DNA of 64,000 nt, taken from Nitrospira sp. Lineage in GTDB: Bacteria; Nitrospirota; Nitrospiria; Nitrospirales; Nitrospiraceae. This document shows positions 55,882 to 64,000 of this stretch, in pieces (the first letter of the stretch is position 1; the number at the start of each line of letters is the position of its first letter). The notes under the pieces were generated by a model. The model was not told the DNA's origin and ran no database searches. It was given only the letters and a program-made list of their open reading frames with translations. The position numbers and the translations under genes are program-made. The stretch lies in the NCBI GenBank assembly GCA_022843785.1, contig JALHMZ010000001.1:83516-147515 (forward strand), read 5' to 3'.

Positions 55882-56973
55882 TCAGACATTGAACCGAAAA
55901 TACACGATGTCCGCTTCTTTAATCACGTAGTCTTTCCCCTCGAGACGAAAGAGCCCCTTCTCCTTCACCTTGGCCTCCGAGCCACAGGCCAGCAAGTCGT
56001 CATAGTGGTAGACCTCGGCCCGGATGAAACCGCGCTCCATGTCCGAGTGGATCTTGCCAGCCGCCTGCGGTGCTTTGGTCCCTCGCACGATAGGCCACGC
56101 CCGCGATTCGATTTCCCCGGCAGTAAAGAAGGTGACGAGATTCAACAGCATGTAGGCTTCGCGCGTGAGCCGCACAAGGCCGGATTCAGTCAGCTCCAGT
56201 TCTTTGAGGAAATCGACTCGTTCGGCTTCTGGCAGCAACGACAGCTCTGCTTCCAGCTGGCCGCAGATGGTCACCACACCCGCGCCTCGCTTGCCGGCAA
56301 AATCGCTCACGGCTTGAACCATCGCCTCGTCAGCATTCTTCCCTTCCGAAACATTCGCCACAAACAACACCGGCTTGGCGGCCAGCAGTTGACACTCATC
56401 AAGAATCGCCCGCTCCTCCGGCGTGTAGCTGAGATTGCCCAACCACTCGCCCTTGTCGAGCAGACCGATCAACCGCGCGATCAACTCCAACTCAAACGCT
56501 GCTTTTTTGTCCCCCGCACGAACCTTTTTCTCGGTTTTTTGCTTGCGCCGGTCGAGCGTTTCAAGATCGGACAGCATTAATTCCGTTTCGATAACACCGA
56601 TGTCGCGAAGCGGGTTCACGCCGCCGCTGACATGCACCACATCGGTTCCCTGGAAACAACGCACGACGTGGAGCAACGCGTCGACTTCCCGGATATGGCC
56701 CAAAAACTGGTTGCCGAGTCCCTCTCCCTTGCTGGCGCCCTCGACCAAGCCGGCGATGTCCCGGACTTCAAGTGTGCTATAGGTCGTTTTCTTTGACTTA
56801 AACAGATCAGTAAGTGTGACGAGGCGCGGGTCGGGCACCAGTGCAATGCCTGTATTCGGGTCAACTGTGGCGAAGGGATAGTTGGCTGCCAGCGCTCCGC
56901 TACCAGTTAAGGCATTGAACACCGTTGTCTTACCGACATTCGGAAGCCCGATCATCCCGCAACAAAGCCCCAT
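55882..56973 (-). CDS. ychF: Ribosome-binding ATPase YchF
   Basis: GLPNVGKTT, DIAGLV.GAS.GEGLGNQFL and IHSDMERGFIRAEV. Confidence 0.97.
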   Translation of the reverse strand: MGLCCGMIGLPNVGKTTVFNALTGSGALAANYPFATVDPNTGIALVPDPRLVTLTDLFKSKKTTYSTLEVRDIAGLVEGASKGEGLGNQFLGHIREVDALLHVVRCFQGTDVVHVSGGVNPLRDIGVIETELMLSDLETLDRRKQKTEKKVRAGDKKAAFELELIARLIGLLDKGEWLGNLSYTPEERAILDECQLLAAKPVLFVANVSEGKNADEAMVQAVSDFAGKRGAGVVTICGQLEAELSLLPEAERVDFLKELELTESGLVRLTREAYMLLNLVTFFTAGEIESRAWPIVRGTKAPQAAGKIHSDMERGFIRAEVYHYDDLLACGSEAKVKEKGLFRLEGKDYVIKEADIVYFRFNV

Positions 56974-57001
56974 GTTTTAAGAAGCGCTGAGCCTTAAGTT
57001 C

Positions 57002-57035
57002 TGAGTGCTGAGTTAGTTCCCCTACTCAACACTCA
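57002..57035. repeat. Short heptamer-unit inverted repeat
   Basis: TGAGTGCTGAGT ... ACTCAACACTCA (11/12 complementary). Confidence 0.55.
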
Positions 57036-57039
57036 CCAC

Positions 57040-57624
57040 TTACAACTCACCACTTTCCTTTCCTTCCCGCACATTGAACTGATTCATCGCCGTCTCCACA
57101 CCACGGTGTATCAGACACTCCAGGGCATCAACAGCCCGTTCGACACAGGGGTCGAATACTTCCATCTCGTCGCTCGTTACCATTTCCAGCACATAGTCGG
57201 CTGAATCCTGCCTCTGTGCAGGCCGTCCAACCCCGACCTTGAGCCGAACGAAGCGGGAAGTGTCTACTGCCTCAATGACGGACTTGATGCCATTATGACC
57301 TCCATGCCCGCCTGTTTGCTTGATCCTGATACGCCCCGGATCGAGGTCGAGGTCATCATGGATGAGAATGAGATTGTCTGGGGTAAGCGTCAGGTCGCGA
57401 AGCAGCCCCTTGAGAGGAGGGCCTGTCACGTTCATGAAGTCGAGCGTCCCGGCCAACTCGACCAACTCCGACCCCAACCGCCCGGAGCCTCGTTGCGCCA
57501 TACCGCGCGGGGAAAGATGGATTGCCCATCGAGTAGCAGCCCGCTCGATGACCCACACACCGACATTGTGGCGAGTCTTGGCGTAGGCCTTGCCGGGATT
57601 GCCCAATCCGACGAGGAGATGCAC
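57040..57624 (-). CDS. pth: Peptidyl-tRNA hydrolase
   Basis: LVGLGNPG..Y..TRHNVG, IHDDLD and GGHGGHNG. Confidence 0.96.
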   Translation of the reverse strand: MHLLVGLGNPGKAYAKTRHNVGVWVIERAATRWAIHLSPRGMAQRGSGRLGSELVELAGTLDFMNVTGPPLKGLLRDLTLTPDNLILIHDDLDLDPGRIRIKQTGGHGGHNGIKSVIEAVDTSRFVRLKVGVGRPAQRQDSADYVLEMVTSDEMEVFDPCVERAVDALECLIHRGVETAMNQFNVREGKESGEL

Positions 57625-57626
57625 CG

Positions 57627-58424
57627 TTACTTCTTCTTTTCAGCTTCCTTCTTGTCACCCTTGGAGGCAGCTGCATCCTTGCCGCCGTCCTTTTTCTCGC
57701 CGGCTTTCGCTTCACCAGCCGCCGCTGCAGCACCAGCTTTCGCCGGTTCCGCGCCAGCCGCACCTTCACTACCAGCCACGGCTTCCTTACCCTTGGCTAG
57801 CACTTCCGTTTCTCCCGCCGCACCTGCCGCACTCGTCAAGAGCGCTTCGAGCTTGGCATCAGACATGGGCGCCGCTACGCTGACAACCATTTGCTCGGAA
57901 TCATCCAAAAAGCGGACCCCTTCCCGCACCGCAATATCTTTAACATGGATGCCGCCGCCGATATTCAAGGCCGACGCATCAATCTCGATATGGTCAGGCA
58001 AGATCGACGGCAGACATTCGACATGCATATCGCGCATGTTATGGTGCAACACTCCGCCTTCCTTCACACCAGCGGGCATTCCTCCAATAACCTGGATCGG
58101 AACTTTGACCCGAATAGGCTTGCTCATGGACACTTCAAAGAGGTCTGCGTGCAGCACCGCACCGCTCACGGGATCAACCTGATAATCGCGCAGAAGCGCA
58201 GTGCGGTTCGGATTGGATTTTGCCCCGGCAATGGTCAACGAAATCAAGGCAGAACTGCCTGCTTGAGACTTCAAAATCTTGATCAACTCGTCCGGGTTAA
58301 CAGTGAGCATGAGACACTCGCCCTGTCCATAGAGCACGGCAGGAACTTTGCCCGCGCGCCGCATGGACCGCGCGGCACCCTTGCCGGCCTGCTCTCTTAC
58401 CGTCGCTGCTAAATCGAACTTCAT
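57627..58424 (-). CDS. rplY: 50S ribosomal protein L25/CTC with Ala/Lys-rich tail
   Basis: R..GK.AAR..RR.G.VPAVLYG, Q.DPV....H.D and GVKEGG. Confidence 0.96.
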   Translation of the reverse strand: MKFDLAATVREQAGKGAARSMRRAGKVPAVLYGQGECLMLTVNPDELIKILKSQAGSSALISLTIAGAKSNPNRTALLRDYQVDPVSGAVLHADLFEVSMSKPIRVKVPIQVIGGMPAGVKEGGVLHHNMRDMHVECLPSILPDHIEIDASALNIGGGIHVKDIAVREGVRFLDDSEQMVVSVAAPMSDAKLEALLTSAAGAAGETEVLAKGKEAVAGSEGAAGAEPAKAGAAAAAGEAKAGEKKDGGKDAAASKGDKKEAEKKK

Positions 58425-58475
58425 GATACTCCTCCATCTCCCCTGCGTGCGGCCAAAGGCCCGATGCGTGGGGGC

Positions 58476-59417
58476 CTAGGCAAATAGTGAACTGACCGAC
58501 TCATCTTCGTGAATGCGTCTGATGGCCTCTCCCAGAAGAGGGGCCACCGACAGTTGATACAACTTAGGGCACACCTGCTCTTTCCCTCGCAGAGGAATCG
58601 TATTGGTTGCAACAACCTGTGTAAGACAGGATTTTTGCAGCCGTTCCAATGCAGGGCCAGAGAGCACCGCGTGCGTGCAAGCAGTCCAGACTTCGCGCGC
58701 GCCTTGATCGGCGCAGGCCTGCGCGCCCTGGACGATCGTACCGGCTGTATCGATCATATCGTCCAGCAACAGCACACTCTTACCTTTGATATCACCAATG
58801 ATGTTCATCACCTGGGCTTGATTCGGCCCTTCACGCCGCTTGTCGATGATCGCCAGATTGGCCTGAATCCGCTTGGCCAAGGCACGGGCACGCTCCACAC
58901 CGCCGGCGTCAGGCGACACGACAACGAGATCGTTGATCTTCTTTTTCGTGATGTAATCCAACAGCACCGGCATCGCATAGAGATGGTCTACCGGCACATT
59001 GAAAAAGCCCTGGATCTGCCCCGCATGGAGGTCCATCGTCAGCACCCGGTCTGTTCCGGCCGTTGTAATCAAATCGGCAACCAACTTCGCGGTAATTGGC
59101 ACACGCGGTTGGTCTTTTCGGTCTTGGCGGGCATACCCAAAATACGGGATGACTGCGGTAATGCGATTCGCCGACGACCGCTTGAGCGCATCAATGACGA
59201 TCAGCAACTCCATCAATGAATCGTTCACCGGCTGGCAACAAGACTGGACCACAAAAACATCTGCGCCACGCACGTTTTCGTCGATCCGGACCCGAATCTC
59301 ACCGTCACTGAACGATGAGACTGTGGCCTCCCCCAGTTTCTGCCCTAAGTACGCAGCGATTTCTTGGGCGAGCGCAAGGTTGGCGTTGCCAGAGAAAAGT
59401 TTCAATTCCCGGTTCAT
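58476..59417 (-). CDS. prs: Ribose-phosphate pyrophosphokinase
   Basis: [24 protein letters not shown] and DDMIDTAGT. Confidence 0.98.
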   Translation of the reverse strand: MNRELKLFSGNANLALAQEIAAYLGQKLGEATVSSFSDGEIRVRIDENVRGADVFVVQSCCQPVNDSLMELLIVIDALKRSSANRITAVIPYFGYARQDRKDQPRVPITAKLVADLITTAGTDRVLTMDLHAGQIQGFFNVPVDHLYAMPVLLDYITKKKINDLVVVSPDAGGVERARALAKRIQANLAIIDKRREGPNQAQVMNIIGDIKGKSVLLLDDMIDTAGTIVQGAQACADQGAREVWTACTHAVLSGPALERLQKSCLTQVVATNTIPLRGKEQVCPKLYQLSVAPLLGEAIRRIHEDESVSSLFA

Positions 59418-59560
59418 CGGATTTTCTCTTATGTGTCCTAGTCGGCGTCGTAAGACTCTGAATTCTCTAGTGGTTCTTCTTCGGTGAGCGCAGGCGGACT
59501 CTTAGGAGTCCATGCCCCCTCGTCCGCTGCACGCGCAGAGAAAGGGAACCAAGGGGCGGA

Positions 59561-59590
59561 ACTGTATCGGAAATATACGGCTTCTGTCAA
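59561..59590 (-). promoter_or_regulatory. Sigma70-type promoter with GC-rich discriminator upstream of prs
   Basis: TTGACA-N18-TACAGT followed by TCCGCCCC. Confidence 0.6.
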
Positions 59591-59614
59591 CCGAACCTGT
59601 TGCGCCACGCCCAG

Positions 59615-60541
59615 CTATGATTTAACGATCAGTGGACCGGACGATGCCACAACTACAAAAACCTTGAGCCGAGGTTGAAATTGAAAATGAGCCTGCGCCT
59701 TCCGGGCCTCTCCTTCGTTGCGAAAAATCCCGAAGACGGTCGCCCCACTACCCGACAACAGTGCGGCCTCTGCGCCCTGCGTCATAAGTGCCTGCTTGAT
59801 TTCAAAAAGGCTAGGATGGGCCCTGAAAACCGGCGCCTCAAAGTCGTTTTCCGCCACTTCAAGAACCTGTTCCCACGAAATTCCTGATTCCCGCCCTAGT
59901 GCTGCATGAATATCCGAAAGCGGCCGTACCTGGTTCCGGCTGGAAGAAAGCTCTTGATAAGCCCACTTAGTTTCAACTGAAAATCCGGGATTGACAAGCA
60001 CAACCCATCGGTTCCCAGCGACTCGAACAGGGTGCACCTGTTCGCCTCGCCCCGTTACCACGGCGGACGGAGCAAAAAAGAAGAACGGCACGTCGCTCCC
60101 CAGCGCCTGACCGACTTGCGCCATGTCCGCCGACGACCATCCCAGACTCAATGCTCGATCGAGTCCGACGATCGTAGCTGCTGCATCGCTGCTTCCCCCG
60201 CCTAGGCCTGCGCCCATCGGAATTCGCTTGATCAAAACAATCTCCACCCCGACCCTTCGGTCACAACGGCGCAACACCGCCTCCGCAGCACGATAGACAA
60301 GGTTCGTATGGTCCACGCTCAAGGAGGACACATCACATCGCAGCCTGATGTCGGTATGCTCTTGATTGATCCGAATAACGACTTCGTCCTCTAATCTGAC
60401 GGTCTGCATCAGAGACCAGAGATTATGAAACCCGTCGGTACGGCGGTCGAGGATACGAAGGACAAGATTAATTTTGGCGGGAGCAAAAACGGTAACGGGG
60501 GACGCCGAGACGGCAAATGATTCTGAAGAGTCTTTAGTCAC
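59615..60541 (-). CDS. ispE: 4-diphosphocytidyl-2-C-methyl-D-erythritol kinase
   Basis: APAKINL.L, KRIPMGAGLGGGSSDAA, LGSDVPFF and LSGSGATVFG. Confidence 0.96.
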   Translation of the reverse strand: MTKDSSESFAVSASPVTVFAPAKINLVLRILDRRTDGFHNLWSLMQTVRLEDEVVIRINQEHTDIRLRCDVSSLSVDHTNLVYRAAEAVLRRCDRRVGVEIVLIKRIPMGAGLGGGSSDAAATIVGLDRALSLGWSSADMAQVGQALGSDVPFFFFAPSAVVTGRGEQVHPVRVAGNRWVVLVNPGFSVETKWAYQELSSSRNQVRPLSDIHAALGRESGISWEQVLEVAENDFEAPVFRAHPSLFEIKQALMTQGAEAALLSGSGATVFGIFRNEGEARKAQAHFQFQPRLKVFVVVASSGPLIVKS

Positions 60542-61919
60542 GACCCCCTTTTATAGCATACTTCTCCAGCCGATACCGAAACGATCGCGTGTTCAGTCGA
60601 AGCAACCGAGCGGCTTTCTTCTTGACCCATTTTGATCGCTCAAGCGCCTTGAGCAACAGATCTTTCTCGATACCGTTGACAAGCCCCTCCAGGTCCACTC
60701 CATCGTCCGTCAATTCCAGGGGAACGCCCTGTTGCGGCTGTGCTGAAATCGACCGATGCAGCCACCCCTGAACATCCGTATCGGTCACCGTCCCTCCGAC
60801 TGAAAATGCGACAACGCGTTCGATCAAATTCTCCAATTCCCGAACATTGCCCCGCCATTCATGCCCCAGCAATACACACATGGCTTCGGAGCTCAACACC
60901 GGAAGCGGCTTCCCGCTCTCCCTCGAGAAACGCTCCAAGAAATGGTTGACCAATAACGGAATGTCCCCGCTCCGCATCCGCAGCGGAGGCAGTCGAATCG
61001 GAATAACATCCAGCCGATAGTAGAGGTCTTCACGGAACGACCCGTCGGCAACCGCCTTTTCGAGATCCTTATTGGTCGCAGCCACGATGCGCACATCGAC
61101 TTTGACGTCCTGAGTTCCGCCCACACGCCGGAACTCACGCTCCTGGATCACCCGCAAGAGCTTCACCTGAATCGTGGGCGTGGTATCGCCGATCTCGTCG
61201 AGAAACACAGTTCCGCCATTCGCCACCTCGAACAACCCGGCCTTATTCGAAACCGCCCCGGTGAATGATCCTTTCATGTGGCCAAACAGCTCACTTTCCA
61301 AAAGCGTCTCAGGCACCGCGCTACAGTTCACAGCCACAAACGGCAAGGCATTCCTGCTGCTGTTGTAATGGATCGCACGTGCCACCAGTTCTTTTCCTGT
61401 TCCGCTTTCGCCGCAGATCAGGACATTGCTCTTTGAGTCAGCCACCTTCCGCACGACATCAAACACCTTCTGCATCGCATCGCTCTGGCCTACCAGCTGT
61501 GAAAAGGACGACTGGCTGGCCATCTCGCGTTTGAGCAAAATATTTTCCGTCGTCAGGCGCCGTTTCTCCAACGCATTGCGGATGATCAATTGAACTTCGT
61601 CTACCTGAAACGGCTTCGTCAAATAATCGTAAGCTCCCTGCTTCATCGCCTCGACCGCCGAATCAGCAGAGGCGAATGCCGTAATGATCAACACAACCGT
61701 TTCGGGGGAAGCCGACTTTGCTGCCTTGAGCACTTCCATGCCGTCGATCTTTGGCATGCGTAAGTCAGTGATGACCAGGTCGAAAATGTCCCTATTTAGA
61801 AGCTCGATGGCTTCCTCACCATCGGCCACGCTGGTCACAGCATACCCGGTCCGCTTGAGCATAATGCTCAACACTTCCCGCAAGCTTTGTTCATCATCAA
61901 CGACTAGGATCTTTTCCAC
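60534..61919 (-). CDS. pilR: Sigma54-dependent response regulator (PilR-like)
   Basis: REC (VDDE, ITDLRMP), [14 protein letters not shown] and HTH; follows pilC-pilS. Confidence 0.85.
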   Translation of the reverse strand: MEKILVVDDEQSLREVLSIMLKRTGYAVTSVADGEEAIELLNRDIFDLVITDLRMPKIDGMEVLKAAKSASPETVVLIITAFASADSAVEAMKQGAYDYLTKPFQVDEVQLIIRNALEKRRLTTENILLKREMASQSSFSQLVGQSDAMQKVFDVVRKVADSKSNVLICGESGTGKELVARAIHYNSSRNALPFVAVNCSAVPETLLESELFGHMKGSFTGAVSNKAGLFEVANGGTVFLDEIGDTTPTIQVKLLRVIQEREFRRVGGTQDVKVDVRIVAATNKDLEKAVADGSFREDLYYRLDVIPIRLPPLRMRSGDIPLLVNHFLERFSRESGKPLPVLSSEAMCVLLGHEWRGNVRELENLIERVVAFSVGGTVTDTDVQGWLHRSISAQPQQGVPLELTDDGVDLEGLVNGIEKDLLLKALERSKWVKKKAARLLRLNTRSFRYRLEKYAIKGGRD

Positions 61920-63598
61920 GGTTCCCTACCTTCATGCCATAACCGCACCCCGGCATCCGCCGATTGCGGCAGGCACACGACAAATCGCGTGCCCTGGTTT
62001 TCCTCACTCTCAACCTTGATCCACCCTCCATGCAAATCGACGATCCGATGCACGGCCGCAAGCCCCAATCCAGATCCATGCGCTTTAGTAGTGAAGAACG
62101 GCAGAAAAATCTTATCGAGGTTCTGTTTGGGAATGCCTTCCCCCGTATCATGAAACGAGATTTCAACCACATCCGCCTTGCGCCCGGCGACATCGACACG
62201 CCGACAACCCGTTGCAATTGTGAGTTGCCCGCCGCGCGGCATGGCATCAAACGCGTTAGCCGCTAAATTCCAGAACACTTGCTTCATTTGATCCTGATCG
62301 ATCTGCCCCGGCAACGTCCCTTCGGCCAGCACTGTTTCGATGGCGATCTTCGTTCTTGTTCGTGCTTCATGTTGTACCAGATCAAGCGTCTCGGCAAGGA
62401 CTTTGTTCAAATCAGCCTCTTTCATATTCAGCGCGGGAGGGCGGGCATATTGGAGGAACTCCGTGATGATGTCGTCCAGTCTTGTCGCTTCGCGAATCGC
62501 GATGTCCATCAGCCGCTGGCTGGTTTCATCTGCCAGAAGATCTTTCCGAAGCATTTGCATCGCCCCGGCGAGTGCCCCGAGAGGATTTCGTATTTCATGC
62601 GCCATTCCCGCCGACATCTCTCCGAGATTGGCCAGCCAATCCTTCCGCCTCATCTCTTCTTCCATGTCCCGAATCTGCGTGAGATCTTTGAACACCCCGA
62701 CGAATCCTGTTTCAGTTCCTTGTTCATGCAACGGCGCGAGCGTCATCCCAAGAATCAGCCGGTTGCCGTCTACCCGTTTGCATTCCACCTCGAATCTGCT
62801 ATGAGCAAACCGATTGAGTAGACCTTCGTCTTCCGGCTGAGCAGGATGCCAGTTGAACACTTCCCGCCAGCGACGTCCCTGTACTTGCTCAACACTGTAA
62901 CCCGTCGTCTCTTGCGCCGCGGGATTGAACGAGGTAATACATCCGCGCTCATCCGTCGTGAAGACCCCGCTGCTGATGCTATGGACGATATTTTCATGGA
63001 AGGCCCGAAGGCGACTGAGCCCTTGCTCTTTTTCACGCAGTGACCGATCGGCACATTGCAGCTGATCTGCAAGCGCCCCACTAAGAAGCCCGACGACCAG
63101 AAAAGCCAGGCTATAGACACCGAACGCCTGAAGAGACTCGGCGGCGCTGAGACGAGTCTGCGGCAACCATCCCCACACTTCAGCCAATCCATACAGTTGA
63201 ATATTGGTGAGAATCCCGAAAAGAATGATGCAGCAACTGGCGGTCAACAGCCCCACGCGGCGCCGAGGGACAAGGCTTGCCACCGTCACACTGATGACAT
63301 AGAGCACCGCAAACGGACTTTCAATGCCTCCCGTCCTTGCGATCAGTACTGTTTCAAGCAAGAAATCGACGGCGACTTGGACCCACGCGAATTGAGCAAG
63401 CGCCTCAGGGCTCGAAATTTTTCGAAGTATGATCGCGTAAAGAATTGTTACCGCATAGGTGAATGCGATCAGTGCATAAAAGGTTTCGACCCGCTCTCCC
63501 TTGGTCAGCTGAAAGGTAAGGGAGAGTCCCAACAGCAGAGTGACAACGACAATGCGAAGCCCCATTAACCAGTAAATTCTGGTCTTGATATCGTCCAT
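61904..63598 (-). CDS. pilS: Membrane sensor histidine kinase (PilS-like)
   Basis: Six TM-like segments, a PAS domain, AHEIRNPL and PFFTTK..GSGLGL. Start ATG 63598. Confidence 0.85.
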   Translation of the reverse strand: MDDIKTRIYWLMGLRIVVVTLLLGLSLTFQLTKGERVETFYALIAFTYAVTILYAIILRKISSPEALAQFAWVQVAVDFLLETVLIARTGGIESPFAVLYVISVTVASLVPRRRVGLLTASCCIILFGILTNIQLYGLAEVWGWLPQTRLSAAESLQAFGVYSLAFLVVGLLSGALADQLQCADRSLREKEQGLSRLRAFHENIVHSISSGVFTTDERGCITSFNPAAQETTGYSVEQVQGRRWREVFNWHPAQPEDEGLLNRFAHSRFEVECKRVDGNRLILGMTLAPLHEQGTETGFVGVFKDLTQIRDMEEEMRRKDWLANLGEMSAGMAHEIRNPLGALAGAMQMLRKDLLADETSQRLMDIAIREATRLDDIITEFLQYARPPALNMKEADLNKVLAETLDLVQHEARTRTKIAIETVLAEGTLPGQIDQDQMKQVFWNLAANAFDAMPRGGQLTIATGCRRVDVAGRKADVVEISFHDTGEGIPKQNLDKIFLPFFTTKAHGSGLGLAAVHRIVDLHGGWIKVESEENQGTRFVVCLPQSADAGVRLWHEGREPWKRS

Positions 63599-63811
63599 AA
63601 TTCCAATCCCCGACAAGGCAAGGGAACCCCGTAGCCATCCTACCGCCTGCACTTCCAGAGCAGACGGTAGGGAAATCCACGAACGATCAAAGATCACATG
63701 GAATTGGAGGGCGCCGCTGTACGTGTCCGGCACTTGAGTGAGCCGACCTCACTCGCTGAACTTGGTTTAAGCCATGTCGAGTGAGAAAGTCTGCTGCCCA
63801 ACTTCTATCGC

Positions 63812-64000
63812 TTACCCGATAGCCTGCGCCATCGTAAAGATTGGCAAATACATTGCTACTACAATAAACCCTACGGTGGTACCAAGAAACACCATCATCA
63901 TGGGCTCTAGGAGCGCAGTGAGATTGGTCACCGCTTGGTCCACCTCATCCTCGTAGAAATCTGCGATCTTTCCCAGCATGCTATCCAATGCGCCTGTCGA
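63812..64000 (-). CDS. pilC: Type IV pilus inner-membrane protein PilC, 3' end only
   Basis: Manual translation STGALDSMLGKIADFYEDEVDQAVTNLTALLEPMMMVFLG..VGFIVVAMYLPIF. Confidence 0.92.
   Translation of the reverse strand, partial: STGALDSMLGKIADFYEDEVDQAVTNLTALLEPMMMVFLGTTVGFIVVAMYLPIFTMAQAIG

Noticed and set aside
59418-59614. tRNA-Gln between ispE and prs
   Set aside because: No T-loop GTTCGAATC, D-loop or anticodon arm on either strand.
1-64000. CRISPR array, rRNA, tRNA, IS transposase
   Set aside because: No regularly spaced repeats or recognisable stable-RNA or transposase sequences were seen.

Overview
The window has two parts. Bases 1-28267 hold a ~24-gene, minus-strand contractile injection system (CIS/eCIS, Afp/PVC-like phage-tail) locus that runs off the left edge. 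In transcription order it encodes: a sigma54 activator without a sensory domain, a small winged-helix protein, a DUF4255 cap, a putative cap adaptor, two sheaths, two tubes, a tube initiator, gpD, gpV, a C-terminally hydrophobic protein, gp25, baseplate J, a wedge protein, two small half-PKD proteins, three paralogous fibre-like proteins, a tape measure-like protein, an AAA+ ATPase and a DUF4157 protein that the ORF track missed. Unusual traits are: no PAAR gene (a membrane-type protein sits in that slot); PKD/Ig domains split between three adjacent genes in a way that suggests a strand-complementation chain; shared Pro-Ile/basic tails; and a good sigma54 promoter with candidate enhancer sites. 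Bases ~28700-64000 are mostly housekeeping: mutM, a small HEPN/HigBA islet, an Rsm22-family methyltransferase, a five-subunit 2-oxoacid:ferredoxin oxidoreductase operon, queF, apaH, panB, metF, folD, the rpsF-ssb-rpsR-yceD-rpmF-plsX-fab-rnc run, ychF-pth-rplY-prs-ispE and pilC-pilS-pilR. Gene content suggests a Nitrospira-like chemolithoautotroph (inference). All family calls come from motif recognition by eye; no database searches were run.
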